DNA of 64,000 nt from Gammaproteobacteria bacterium (GCA_963662865.1 OY759969.1:1707638-1771637), one strand, 5' to 3'; shown: positions 11,401 through 20,635, counted from the first letter of the stretch. Numbers and translations: made by a program. Notes: a model not told the origin generated them from the sequence alone.

Positions 11401-12866
11401 CCGTCCGCTATGGTCACTGTGAGGGTGCCGTTAGGTTCGTCGGTGTTGTCGGCCTGTGTGTCGATGTCAACGGTGGTCGTGGTGGTGCCGCCGGTCAGGG
11501 TGGCCATGCGTGTGCCTTCGTTGCCGGCGGTCAGATAATCACTGGGGGCGGCGGCGTCCGTGACGGTCAGCCTGATCGGCAGGTTGGCCGCCGGGGCGCG
11601 GTTGGTGGTCACGGTGAAGGTCGCGGCGCTGCCTTCGGTGGTTGTGGGGCCGCTGGTGATGCGGATGGTCAGTGGGTCTTCGATGTTGAAGTTCGCCAGT
11701 GAGTCGGTACCCGTGGCACCGCCGCCCAGGCCGGTGCCGGAGTTGCTGTCCAGGGTGCCCAGGCCGATGATGACGGTCTCGCCGGCGGTCTCGTCGTTGT
11801 TGTCGGTGGTCGCGCTCAGGGTCAGGGTGGCACTGGCGGCCGATGGGCCGGTGAAGGTCACGGTGCCTGTGGCGCTGTTCAGGCCGGTGTAGGTGACGCC
11901 GTTTGCCGCGGCGCCGGTGACGGTGTAGTCCGTGCCCGGTAGCGCTGCGCCCATGAAGGTCAGTGGCACCGGCAGCGCCTCGCCTGCGGCCAGGGTGCGG
12001 CCCAGGGTGACGGTGATGGCTTTGGTGGTGCCTTCTATGATGTTGCCCGTGGCGCCCGCCAGGGTCACTGTGGTGGCGTCGTCGTCGATCACGGTCGCGG
12101 TGATGGGGTCCAGGGTGAGGTTGTAGTTGGCGTCCGTGGAGGTGGCGGCGTGGGTAATGGTGACTTCCTGGTTGGCGTCGTCGTCGTCGTTATCTTCCCC
12201 GGTGACGGTGAAGGTCTGGGCCATGTCCCAGTTGGCGCTGGTGAATACCAGGTTGTTGGGGTTGACCGTGGCGGTGGTTGGTGTGCTTGAGGTGGGTGTG
12301 ATGGTCACGTTTGCGGTGGGTTGTGTGTCCAGCACCATGCCGTATTCGTCTGTGCCGCCTTCGGTGGGTGTGGTGGCGTCCGCCGTTTCGGTGAAAGTCA
12401 CGCCTGCGGGGGCGTCGTCGTTGGTAATGGTGAAGGTGACGCTGCCGGCGGTTGTGGAGATGACGACGTCGTTGGGGGTAGGTACACCAACGATAATACG
12501 CATCGGGGTCACGGTCACTGTTTCGTCGGGTTCAATCGCCGTGTCGCCGTTTATCCTAATCTTGTACTGAACGCTGGCGAGATTGGAGGGTACACTAAGG
12601 GTAGAGATATTCGCTCTTAAATTAGAAGGCACAGCATTGTTGGTGAAGGTGTACTGGTAGTCGTTGCTGTCACCACGGGTGGCGGTGCCACCCAAGTGTA
12701 AATCAATCCCAAAAGCCTGCGCACGAGGTGGATCGATGGTCACTGTTACGGTCGCGCCGTCGATAATGCCGGAATCGCCCTCGGCGGCCATGGTGCGGTC
12801 CAGGCTGATTGATACGGTGTGGGTGTTCTGGGCGAAGGCCGGTGCCGCAAGGCCGACGAGCAGCAC
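8463..12866 (-). CDS. autotransporter-type giant surface protein, paralog 1 (Calx-beta/cadherin-like modules plus C-terminal autotransporter beta-domain); body ORF
   Basis: 1467-aa ORF. The passenger is built from beta-sandwich modules with Calx-beta-like signatures (IRINGDTAIEPDETVTV, TITNDDA) and cadherin-like ones (LTFTTxNWxTAQTVTVTG.DD). About 470 C-terminal residues (roughly 8463-9880) look like an autotransporter beta-domain: alternating amphipathic strands, VSVWGQASYSRYE, and a terminal ...QWKLRW. The N-terminus of the ORF is only the h/c part of a signal peptide (LLVGLAAPAFA|Q). The true start seems to lie upstream of the poly-C tract in another frame (see 12932-13069). Confidence 0.75.
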   Translation of the reverse strand: MLLVGLAAPAFAQNTHTVSISLDRTMAAEGDSGIIDGATVTVTIDPPRAQAFGIDLHLGGTATRGDSNDYQYTFTNNAVPSNLRANISTLSVPSNLASVQYKIRINGDTAIEPDETVTVTPMRIIVGVPTPNDVVISTTAGSVTFTITNDDAPAGVTFTETADATTPTEGGTDEYGMVLDTQPTANVTITPTSSTPTTATVNPNNLVFTSANWDMAQTFTVTGEDNDDDDANQEVTITHAATSTDANYNLTLDPITATVIDDDATTVTLAGATGNIIEGTTKAITVTLGRTLAAGEALPVPLTFMGAALPGTDYTVTGAAANGVTYTGLNSATGTVTFTGPSAASATLTLSATTDNNDETAGETVIIGLGTLDSNSGTGLGGGATGTDSLANFNIEDPLTIRITSGPTTTEGSAATFTVTTNRAPAANLPIRLTVTDAAAPSDYLTAGNEGTRMATLTGGTTTTTVDIDTQADNTDEPNGTLTVTIADGTGYTVGIPSSAMVQVSDDDATTVTLAGTMGNLSEATTRNLTVTLNRPLVAGESLAVPLTLGGTATRGTDYTVTGTPADGIAYTIPDSGTAGTVTFTGPAPATATLTLAVQTDNTADSGETITIGLGTLVATGLDGGTRSTGSLAFTIMEQPAIVLPPTLAVTEGASVGYPVSLATTPTGNVTVAVTGHSGTDLTLNPDSLEFTATNWNMIQTFTVTADADADATDDTVSLTHTASGTTEYDGSITGAVTVTVTDNDMAGIPISEPRITVAEANGTDTYTVVLATQPSDNVEIMVTSDTTSAATVTPMTLTFTTVNWNTAQMVTVTGVNDNVVNSSGGRTAMLSHRISNGDSGDYPVGGLSPAAVTVTVTDDDTPVMTAGVTLSETRITVAEARGMDTYTMVLNAQPGGDVELMVTSDLPAAATASPTTLTFTTANWGTAQTVTVTGIDDNVDNPGGGRTATLSHRISNGDSGDYPVGGLSPAAVTVTVTDDDAAPVGTEAMQEMQAAQEAWLPHFGLTAVEHLLDGLDYRFSVADQAGLSGNVSGLSLGRARHETGTDLGTDGFVQGGGGDDLGAGSIDRMLNLSRSLSLRDMLRGSRFVHRGGENGVSVWGQASYSRYEDGQDGIAVDGDVTTGMLGVDRDNGRTLLGLALSYSDGDGDWSGAAEQGELSSRLTSLLPYIRHNVTERLQLWAAASYGRGELEQTLEQTSATMSTKHDIEQTSASVGVRGTLLERPLEEGGLTLTLISDAALARIESDDADGVSGMSADTERFRMGLEWSWQLPQADGGRLIPELELGMRYDGGDTSDGLGVELGGGISWQLPSKGLTIDLRGRRLLDHEAAKRREWGVSGSLRYDLRPGSAHGPSLSLRQEYGTAPASGGLERLLSDALEEDSSQPGPASGRWSLQGEWGLALDDGATGIPYAGLSSSDAGHDLTLGWRLLSAPGGPDTELDIKALRRRDDEGKTNHGIGAQWKLRW

Positions 12867-12931
12867 GGCGGCAAGGCCGCGGCGCAGACAGAGGAGGGTA
12901 GAGGCGAACCGGCGGAATGCCGGGTGCTGCG

Positions 12932-13069
<138 letters not shown>

Positions 13070-13226
13070 GATTGTTGCTCCTGCTTTTACGGTATGTAAC
13101 TGGCTTTGCGGGCCGGGTAAATTTCTGTTCATTGTTTCGTGTCCTCTATCCGGGGTTCTCTGTTCAGGCCCGGCCTTTGGGCCGGTTCCGGGCCCATGCG
13201 CCGGATTCATGTCTGCAATTTAAGCT

Positions 13227-13255
13227 ACTTTAGTCCAATTCGGGAGACATTGCAA
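13227..13255 (-). promoter_or_regulatory. putative sigma70-type promoter of autotransporter paralog 1
   Basis: On the minus strand, TTGCAA (13255-13250), a 17-nt spacer, then TAAAGT (13232-13227). Identical hexamers and spacing recur upstream of paralog 2 (51710-51682). Confidence 0.45.
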
Positions 13256-13375
13256 GCCCTTGTCCTGATTTCAGTTCCTATGAGACAAAATAGCGGCTTG
13301 CATGGGGTTTGCTGATCGTCATGCACGGGTGCCTCCAAGCCGGTTATGGAACCGATACGCCCTATCGTGCTGCTG

Positions 13376-13927
13376 TCAAACGAGCTCGTCTGATTCGATG
13401 CGCGACCAGTCAAAAACCGGCCCGGGGTCGGTTTTCCGTCCCGACGCTATATCGCTGTGACCGATCACGTCTTCCGCATGAATATCGGTGTATGTTTCCC
13501 GCAACAGGCGAAGACTCTTCGTTAATACTTTATATTGCTGCTCTGCATAAGGAATGTCGTCGGCTCCTTCCAGTTCAATGCCGATGGAGAAGTCATTGCA
13601 GCGTTTTCGCCCTTTGTATGCTGATACGCCGGCGTGCCAGGCCCGCTTGTGGAAAGGTACGTATTGAATCATCCTGCCGTCTCGACGAATCAGTAGATGC
13701 GATGACACCCGTAATTCGCAGAGCTCGCGATAACCGGGATATTCCTGCGGGTCGAGCGTGTTGGTAAAGAGCTGTGTAATGCCTTCTCCACCGAACTCGT
13801 TCGGCGGCAGGCTGATGTTGTGAATCACGATCAGCGAGATGTCACCGACATCCGGCCGGTCGTCGCAGTTGGGTGATTCAATGTATTCGGCAATGTCGAG
13901 CAAGCCGCTGCCGGCATCAATTTTCAT
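13376..13927 (-). CDS. ampD: 1,6-anhydro-N-acetylmuramyl-L-alanine amidase
   Basis: Amidase_2 blocks (IVIHNISLPP, SSHLLIRRDG, AWHAGVS, NDFSIGIELEG, HSDIA..RKTDPG). Start set to ATG 13927 (MKIDAG...), giving about 183 aa, which is typical for AmpD. Confidence 0.85.
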   Translation of the reverse strand: MKIDAGSGLLDIAEYIESPNCDDRPDVGDISLIVIHNISLPPNEFGGEGITQLFTNTLDPQEYPGYRELCELRVSSHLLIRRDGRMIQYVPFHKRAWHAGVSAYKGRKRCNDFSIGIELEGADDIPYAEQQYKVLTKSLRLLRETYTDIHAEDVIGHSDIASGRKTDPGPVFDWSRIESDELV

Positions 13928-14387
13928 CTTGCGGCTATGTGTCGAAGGGCACGGTGCGCCCTGCATAGGATTCATTCTTGCGCAGCTCATCATCGGTATG
14001 CCCAAGAGCAGCCATACGATCTATACGCGGCTTTTCTCCATCGGGTGTGTATATCATGATGGCATTGTGGTGCGTCGCCGTGTAAGTCTCGCTATCCAAC
14101 GCCGGCAGCGGCGCTCAACAGCAGTAAATCCCGACGGTTTCCTGCAAGGGTATCGTGATGACAGGGGTATGCCGGCTTTTGTCTGTTTTCCATCCTACAC
14201 TCCTTATGCTGTCTGCTGTATTACGCTGTAGAGTTTGCTGCCTCTGGCAGCATGACTTGTATTTTGTTCGCTGTCCGGCCAAGGAGTATGCCCTGGTTGA
14301 GCAATTTTAGCACGGGCTACAGGCCGGCAACTTCTGTTGCAGGCCATATCAGTCCAACCTGAGCAGTCGAGGACTCAGCCGCGAATT

Positions 14388-15584
14388 TTACAGACGATAG
14401 CGTATGTCCTGTGTAAAACCCGGGCCCGGTTCGCTGTTTTTCGTCAGGGAAATAACCTTTACGGTTTCTCCCATTTCTCCCGGCTCAAGCAGCCGTTTAA
14501 CGGCTTCCGCCGATGACAGGTGGCCAGGATTGACCTGCCTGTCATCACCGTTAATACCTGACTGCATCAGATTCAACAGGCCGTTCTCAAGCAGAAAATT
14601 TGCCTGGGTGGCATAACCTGATACCAGTAATCCAGCTGCAAGCGCTGATTCGGCTACGGCTGTGAAATCTACCCACGCGGTCAAGTCCGCTAAACCCGGA
14701 TACAGTAACACGTCATCCACATCATAGTGCCGGTAATAGGCTCTCAAGCTGCCATGTAATCGGTCGGGGCGATAGTACATTGCACGCTCGTAACCATAAT
14801 CAAGCAGCAACACTCCTCCTGTTCTCAAGCCGGAGGACAGGGCTTTTATCCAGCCAGGCAGCAGCAGATTAATTTCAGACCGGTATCCATCCGGATAGTC
14901 TGTAACCGCCAATGGCAGGCAGGCTTCAATCTGTGTCGCCAGTTTCGCAGGGGCGGTACGGGATTTCCAGCATGGCCGCGATGCTTCCATGCCAATACCC
15001 AACTGGTGAATTTCGCCTTCCTGAAGTGCGAAATGTTCCACGGGGATCGCATCCATGACTTCATTGGCGATCATTATCCCGGTAAAGCTGTCTTTGTCCG
15101 GAAGGCTATCCAGCCAGTCAATTCTGTCGAAGGTGCTGGTCAGACGTTGTTCAAGATATTGCCTTTGACGGGCCTGCAAGTCGGCCGATGGTTCAAGGAT
15201 CAAATAGGATTCAGGTAGTGCCTGATGTTTTTCGAGATGTAACAGGATATCCGCCGCCATTGTTCCCGAACCCGCGCCCAGTTCCAGAATGGCTCCCTTG
15301 TCCGGTAACACGGAAAGGAGGTGCTGGCCCAGCGTCTGGCTGAACAGCGGGCTAATCATCGGCGCCGTAATAAAGTCACCGGCTGAACCCAGTTTTTCCC
15401 TGCCGGCGCTGTAATAGCCCAGCCCCGGCGCATGTAAAACATGCTGCATATACTCGGAAAAGCTGATGAAGCCGCCGGCACTGTCGATCTTTTGCCGAAG
15501 CGAAGTCAGTACCCGGTCACCATGCCGTCTGGCTTCGGCATCCGGTTCGGGAAGTTCATTTAAATAAGTGCTGAAAAAAGCCAT
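14388..15584 (-). CDS. class I SAM-dependent methyltransferase, DUF185 / NDUFAF7(MidA)-like
   Basis: 398-aa ORF with the family layout: FISFSEYMQHVLHAPGLGYY, DFITAP, and the SAM-binding ILELGAGSGTMA. Confidence 0.7.
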   Translation of the reverse strand: MAFFSTYLNELPEPDAEARRHGDRVLTSLRQKIDSAGGFISFSEYMQHVLHAPGLGYYSAGREKLGSAGDFITAPMISPLFSQTLGQHLLSVLPDKGAILELGAGSGTMAADILLHLEKHQALPESYLILEPSADLQARQRQYLEQRLTSTFDRIDWLDSLPDKDSFTGIMIANEVMDAIPVEHFALQEGEIHQLGIGMEASRPCWKSRTAPAKLATQIEACLPLAVTDYPDGYRSEINLLLPGWIKALSSGLRTGGVLLLDYGYERAMYYRPDRLHGSLRAYYRHYDVDDVLLYPGLADLTAWVDFTAVAESALAAGLLVSGYATQANFLLENGLLNLMQSGINGDDRQVNPGHLSSAEAVKRLLEPGEMGETVKVISLTKNSEPGPGFTQDIRYRL

Positions 15585-15628
15585 GAAATATCAGTATAGT
15601 TCCACTTTCGCCCGGCCATTTTACGCAG

Positions 15629-16375
15629 ATGGATTTAACCCAGCAGGACATAGAAGGCAAAGTCGCTCTCGTCACAGGCGCCTCAAGGCGAATCGGTGCC
15701 GAGATTGTGCGCACCCTTCACCGGGCCGGCATGAGGCTCTGTCTGCATTACCGTTCTTCCAGGGAGGATGCGGAATTTCTTGCCGATGAGCTCAACGCCG
15801 CCCGGGCAAATTCGGCAAAACTCATACGGGCCGATCTGTCCGAAACCAGTGCACTTGTCGGTCTGGTCGGCACATGTGTCGAACACTTCGGGCGACTGGA
15901 TTTGCTGGTCAATAATGCATCTACATTTTACCCGACACCCATTGGCAGTATAACGGAAAAAGACTGGGATATTTTGCTGGCCAGTAACTTGAAGGCGCCT
16001 TTGTTCCTATCTCAGGCAGCGGCAGAACCACTGGCCGTTAATCAGGGCAGTATCATCAACATTGTCGATATCCATGCTGAGCGACCAATGAAAAATCACA
16101 CCGTTTACAGTATCGCCAAATCCGGTTTGCTGGCTTTAACCAAAAGTCTGGCTCGTGAGCTTGGTCCTGATATCAGGGTCAACGGAGTTGCTCCCGGCGC
16201 AATACTCTGGCCGGAAAACGGGGAAGCCCGGGCCGATATACTGAACCGAATCCCGCTGAAACGGTCCGGGAAACCGGAAGATATTGCCGCTGCCGTACTG
16301 TTTCTGTTTCGTGACGCCACCTATGTCAGCGGACATATGCTGCCGGTTGATGGTGGACGATTACTGAATATATGA
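15629..16375 (+). CDS. short-chain dehydrogenase, pteridine/dihydromonapterin reductase (FolM-like)
   Basis: SDR motifs TGASRRIG, NNAS and YSIAK, and a C-terminal VDGGRLL. Close overall resemblance to FolM/PTR1-type reductases, and it sits in a folB-folK neighbourhood. Confidence 0.7.
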   Translation: MDLTQQDIEGKVALVTGASRRIGAEIVRTLHRAGMRLCLHYRSSREDAEFLADELNAARANSAKLIRADLSETSALVGLVGTCVEHFGRLDLLVNNASTFYPTPIGSITEKDWDILLASNLKAPLFLSQAAAEPLAVNQGSIINIVDIHAERPMKNHTVYSIAKSGLLALTKSLARELGPDIRVNGVAPGAILWPENGEARADILNRIPLKRSGKPEDIAAAVLFLFRDATYVSGHMLPVDGGRLLNI

Positions 16376-16430
16376 GGCGAACCCGGACGGAATGGCGGCG
16401 ATGACGCCGCTTTCCCGCCCACATCCGGCC

Positions 16431-17756
16431 TTACCAGCGCCAGCCCGTTTGTGACTGCCTTTGGCGTCGTTGTGACGCGGGAGGTGGCGGCTGAAAGCCC
16501 GACCGCGGCGGCTGATACGCTGGCCGGTATGATTGCCACCGGTTGTATGCCGGTGCCTGCGGGGACCACACCGAAGGAGGGTATTGTCTCGCCGCTCCAG
16601 GTGGGGGCGGGGCAGTTGCCGCGCCTGAGGGGGATGGTGGTGGTGGGAATGGGATAGGCAGATCCGACACATTCGGCGTGGCGGCCTGTGTTGATTCGAT
16701 TGCTATTGCGGTGGCCTCTGGTTCGGCAGATACCGACTGCTGGCCGGAAATGTCTGCGACATTGGCGGAATCTGTTGAGTCCGTCGCCTGCCTGCTCCCG
16801 GAGTCCGTCGTTTCTTCGCTCTCCCGTGTTGCGGAAAGGTCTTCTGTCGGCGTGGCCATACCGACAACAGGCGAATGCCCTTCAGTGGAAGGCGATTGCT
16901 CCGAGGCAGGTGCCTCAATCATGAACCTGCCTTCAAGCGCCGCGCCCTTGAACGGATATTCAACGGGCCCGAGCGACTGCTCCGAAGCAGCCTTTTCTTC
17001 TGCCTCCGGCGGTGGGGTAATCTGTGGTAATGACGAACCGGAAACTCCGTCGCCTGCCTGCCCACCGCTATCGGTGGCTTTTGTCAAATCGGCTGTGGCG
17101 GCATCATCCAGCGGCTGACGCACGTCATCGCGGCTAAAAAACGCCAGAAATATCACCAAAAACATGACGGCCAGAGCGACAAAAATAAACTCGACCCTCA
17201 TGTTGAGCAGGCTTTTCTTTGGTGGAGTAGCAGGTGCAGGGGCGTCGGTATCCGGCATAACTCCCATGTTTTGCGGTCTTTCGGATATTTTTTCCCGTTT
17301 ATCCGCTTTCTTTGCGCCGGTGGCTGACGCTGTGGCCGTAACGGCAGCAGCGTCCTGTCCCTTTGTTACGGCGGATGAGCCGCCTGGGAGCACACTGTCA
17401 GCCTTGCTTTTACGGGCCTGGCGAAGATTGGTCACACCAGAGATGAGCTCGTCAAGTTTCGCCAGAGAGTAGGCTGCATCTTTCAGGGTAACTTCATTGC
17501 TGTTTTTCGTGAAGTTCTTCTTAATCTCGTCACGAGCCTTATCGATATCGCCTGCAGAAAAAGTAGCATTTTCAGTAATATACTTGAAGTTTTTGTTCCG
17601 CCTGATATCACGGATCTTACCGGAAGTGGTGAAGTACCTCTTTGCGATCTCAGAATCCGAACCTTCTTCACGAAAACGAATATACCAAACCAGAGGATGC
17701 GGCATTTGGCCGCGGGAAATACCACCAGAGATACGAGTTGTTTTTTTCTCAGCCAT
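16431..17756 (-). CDS. hypothetical bitopic membrane protein (basic N-terminal domain, one TM helix, acidic S/T-rich then Pro-rich C-terminal tail)
   Basis: 441-aa ORF. The N-terminal roughly 110 aa are conserved-looking and globular (PLVWYIRFREEGSDSEIAKRYFTTSGKIRDIRRNKNF). TM helix FIFVALAVMFLVIFLAFF. Low-complexity tail ending PPPPASQRRQRQSQTGWRW. I recognise no family. Confidence 0.5.
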   Translation of the reverse strand: MAEKKTTRISGGISRGQMPHPLVWYIRFREEGSDSEIAKRYFTTSGKIRDIRRNKNFKYITENATFSAGDIDKARDEIKKNFTKNSNEVTLKDAAYSLAKLDELISGVTNLRQARKSKADSVLPGGSSAVTKGQDAAAVTATASATGAKKADKREKISERPQNMGVMPDTDAPAPATPPKKSLLNMRVEFIFVALAVMFLVIFLAFFSRDDVRQPLDDAATADLTKATDSGGQAGDGVSGSSLPQITPPPEAEEKAASEQSLGPVEYPFKGAALEGRFMIEAPASEQSPSTEGHSPVVGMATPTEDLSATRESEETTDSGSRQATDSTDSANVADISGQQSVSAEPEATAIAIESTQAATPNVSDLPIPFPPPPSPSGAATAPPPPGAARQYPPSVWSPQAPAYNRWQSYRPAYQPPRSGFQPPPPASQRRQRQSQTGWRW

Positions 17757-17936
17757 TTGTCAATCACCTCTGTGCCAATGAATCAAGACCCGCTCTGCAT
17801 CTTTGTGACGCCAGGGCCTTGTCGTTACCGTTGATCAGGCCCGGGATTAAATCGGGCGAAAAACGAAATCTATTTCGACTCTTCTCCATAAGCCTCAAGT
17901 TTACAACAATTTTGGTAAATACCAAATGATATTGAA

Positions 17937-18434
17937 CTAATCCAGATCAGGCAAAATCAAGTTTACAGGGCGCAATTCATGGTTCCCCTGATATTCCCGC
18001 CACATTTGTTGGTAGCTCCGCTGCTCGGAGGGATGCAATAATCCCGGAGCTATTTCGGCTAGGGGCCGTAATACGAATGCATATTCGAGGATATCCGCAT
18101 GAGGCAGTTTCAACGGCCCTGTGTCAGTCACCAGATCTCCATAAAGAATCAAATCGATATCCAGAGTTCTGGAATGAAACTTTTTCTTTTGCCGTTTTCG
18201 GCCATGATCGGCTTCGATCTGACGAAAAATTTCCTGCACTTTCAGTGGGCCGATTTCAGTTTGAAAGGACAGCACCATATTCAGAAAATCATTGCTTTCA
18301 AGTCCGACCGCCTTGTTCTGATATACCGTTGAGCAGGTCAACGAGCCAAAACGGCGGCCAATCGCAGTGACTGCGGAAACGATGTTGCGCTCCCGGTCCC
18401 GGTTGCTTCCCAGGCTGGCAAAAACCTCAGGCAT
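17937..18434 (-). CDS. folK: 2-amino-4-hydroxy-6-hydroxymethyldihydropteridine diphosphokinase
   Basis: HPPK blocks (FASLGSN, RTLDIDLILYGD, LPHADILEYAFVLRPL). Start set to ATG 18434 (MPEVFASLGSN), overlapping the folB stop by 8 nt. The ORF track extends to 18464. Confidence 0.85.
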   Translation of the reverse strand: MPEVFASLGSNRDRERNIVSAVTAIGRRFGSLTCSTVYQNKAVGLESNDFLNMVLSFQTEIGPLKVQEIFRQIEADHGRKRQKKKFHSRTLDIDLILYGDLVTDTGPLKLPHADILEYAFVLRPLAEIAPGLLHPSEQRSYQQMWREYQGNHELRPVNLILPDLD

Positions 18435-18780
18435 GACCCCGCTCAATAATAATGCCGACATCATGCGCCCCGCGAAGGGCGCCGGTTTTATTGAGCCTGA
18501 TACGTACCCAGGGCACGGAGAACTCTTCCATAATCAGTCCGGCGCATTCTTCAAGCAAGGTTTCAACGAGCTGATATTCGCTCGCCCGCACAAACTCCAC
18601 CAGGCGTTTACAGACTGCCTTGTAATTCAGTGTATCTTTAATATTGTCACTGGCGGCTGCCTTACGAATATCGGTACCCATTTCAACATCCAGAATTATG
18701 GTCTGGCGGATACGGCGTTCCCAGTCATAAACTCCAATCAGGGTATCAATTCTCAGATCGTTAATAAAAATCCTGTCCAT
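18427..18780 (-). CDS. folB: dihydroneopterin aldolase
   Basis: MDRIFINDLRIDTLIGVYDWER... is a typical FolB N-terminus. About 117 aa from the ATG at 18780, with folK immediately downstream. Confidence 0.85.
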   Translation of the reverse strand: MDRIFINDLRIDTLIGVYDWERRIRQTIILDVEMGTDIRKAAASDNIKDTLNYKAVCKRLVEFVRASEYQLVETLLEECAGLIMEEFSVPWVRIRLNKTGALRGAHDVGIIIERGHA

Positions 18781-18878
18781 AATTTCCCGCTCCAGTCGCG
18801 TATCGCCATAATCTTCGGTTGACGTGTGCATTGTAATGTACAATTCCGCAACCGGAAATCTCCTGTTCATTAACGCCA

Positions 18879-19535
18879 GTGGCGAACGATCCCATACTTT
18901 TACAAAGCATGTTTATCCTCGGCGCTTACCTGTCGGGGTCAGTATGCAGTGCCATCATTGTTTGCAGGCTGATGGGATTGCCTGATCCGCGTAAGCAGGG
19001 GTCATACAATCCCGGTGCCACCAATGTGCTGCGTATCGGAAGCAGGAAAGCGGCCGCCATCACGCTGGTCGGCGATGTGCTGAAGGGGTTGATCCCTGCT
19101 CTGCTGACTCGAGTATTCGAAATGCCGCTATTAACCACGGTTCTCGCTGCATCGGCTGCATTTCTAGGTCACCTGTATCCTGTATTTTTCAGCTTCCATG
19201 GCGGTAAGGGTGTCGCAACATTACTCGGTGCCCTGCTGGGGATTAACTGGACCCTGGGATTGGTTGCAGCCGGCACATGGTTGTTTGTCGCCAGGGTACT
19301 GAAGATTTCTTCTCTCTCTGCGCTGGTAATGGCAGCTCTGGTACCTGTCTATAGCTGGTTTTTTTACCACGACTGGACATTGACCCTGATCCTTGCCGGT
19401 ATGTCGGCTCTGCTTTTCTGGCGTCATCGCAACAATATACGGAATCTGCTCGGCGGTAGAGAAGGCAGGGTTACCAGCCCTGATGAGGCAGCGGACATGG
19501 ACACCGAGGCGCTAAAAGACATGGATAACGGGTAG
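18879..19535 (+). CDS. plsY: glycerol-3-phosphate acyltransferase (acyl-phosphate dependent)
   Basis: GSVCSAIIVCRLMGLPDPRKQGSYNPGATNVLR matches the PlsY N-terminal signature. Multi-TM, and divergent from folB as in many gammaproteobacteria. GTG start. Confidence 0.85.
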   Translation: MANDPILLQSMFILGAYLSGSVCSAIIVCRLMGLPDPRKQGSYNPGATNVLRIGSRKAAAITLVGDVLKGLIPALLTRVFEMPLLTTVLAASAAFLGHLYPVFFSFHGGKGVATLLGALLGINWTLGLVAAGTWLFVARVLKISSLSALVMAALVPVYSWFFYHDWTLTLILAGMSALLFWRHRNNIRNLLGGREGRVTSPDEAADMDTEALKDMDNG

Positions 19536-19554
19536 ATGCACTTTCCGGAAAAAT

Positions 19555-20568
19555 CTATAAAGTCGGTAGTTCTTCCATTGGCCAGCGCGGCCTGCCCGCA
19601 AGGTTTGTATCATCCCGTTGCCCGGCAGCCAACCGCAGTGCGCCCGCATAAGCAATCATGGCACCATTGTCGGTGCAGAATTCCATGGACGGGAAAAACA
19701 CCTGTATGCCCGGCTTCTTCATTTCCATTTTAAGGCGTTCCCGCAGACATTTATTCGCCCCCACTCCCCCCGCGACGATCAGGTTCTGAAATCCGGTTTG
19801 CCTGAGCGCACGCCGACATTTGATCACAAGTGTCTCCACCACGGCCTGTTGGAAAGCGGCAGCAATGTTTTCCTTTATGCCCGGCTCATGCTCGTTGTCT
19901 CTCAGGGTATTCATGGCAAAGGTTTTCAGGCCACTGAAACTGAAATCCAGGCCGGGGCGGTCGGTCATGGGCCGCGGGAAGGCAAATCGGTTCAGGTCGC
20001 CCTGCTCGGCCAGATTCGCTAATGCAGGGCCACCCGGATAGCCAAGACCGAGCAAATTGGCGGTCTTGTCGAAAGATTCACCAACGGCATCATCAACAGA
20101 CTGACCCAGAAGTTCATACCTGCCAACGGCTTGCACTGACATCAGTTGTGTATGTCCACCGGAGACCAGCAAGGCAACAAACGGAAATGACGGCGGATTT
20201 CCCTCCAGCATCGGCGCCAGCAAATGCCCTTCCATGTGGTGAACGCCTATTGCGGGAATACCGAGTGATAACGCCAGGGAACATCCAAGCGAAGTACCTA
20301 CCAGCAAGGCTCCCATAAGCCCCGGCCCGCGGGTAAATGCAATGCCATCCAGATCGGCCAGCCGCAGACTGGACTGGTCCAGTACTTCCTGGATCAGCGG
20401 GGTTAATTTTCGAATATGATCACGCGAGGCCAGCTCTGGAACCACGCCGCCATATTCCGCATGCAGGGTGGCCTGACTGTATAAGCTGTGTCCCAGCAAA
20501 CCGGTTTCAGTGTCGTAGGCTGCAACCCCGGTTTCGTCGCAGGAGGTTTCAATTCCCAGTACCTTCAT
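19555..20568 (-). CDS. tsaD: tRNA N6-adenosine threonylcarbamoyltransferase
   Basis: [16 protein letters not shown]..., HHMEGH and SGGHT blocks. 337 aa, divergent from rpsU. Confidence 0.9.
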   Translation of the reverse strand: MKVLGIETSCDETGVAAYDTETGLLGHSLYSQATLHAEYGGVVPELASRDHIRKLTPLIQEVLDQSSLRLADLDGIAFTRGPGLMGALLVGTSLGCSLALSLGIPAIGVHHMEGHLLAPMLEGNPPSFPFVALLVSGGHTQLMSVQAVGRYELLGQSVDDAVGESFDKTANLLGLGYPGGPALANLAEQGDLNRFAFPRPMTDRPGLDFSFSGLKTFAMNTLRDNEHEPGIKENIAAAFQQAVVETLVIKCRRALRQTGFQNLIVAGGVGANKCLRERLKMEMKKPGIQVFFPSMEFCTDNGAMIAYAGALRLAAGQRDDTNLAGRPRWPMEELPTL

Positions 20569-20606
20569 TAAATTCTCTCATGCTCCATCCGGGTTCGGCT
20601 TTTTCT

Positions 20607-20635
20607 TTGCATTTGCCATTACACTTCTGTAGAAT
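20607..20635 (+). promoter_or_regulatory. putative sigma70 promoter of rpsU
   Basis: TTGCAT (20607-20612), a 17-nt spacer, then TAGAAT (20630-20635), about 40 nt upstream of the rpsU ATG. Confidence 0.5.

Noticed and set aside
13070-13210. N-terminal extension (MNPAHGPGTG...) of the leader ORF offered by the ORF track.
   Set aside because: It is not conserved with paralog 2, whose ORF starts at the equivalent of ATG 13069. ATG 13069 has AGGAG-N8 upstream, and the extension lies in the shared 5' UTR.
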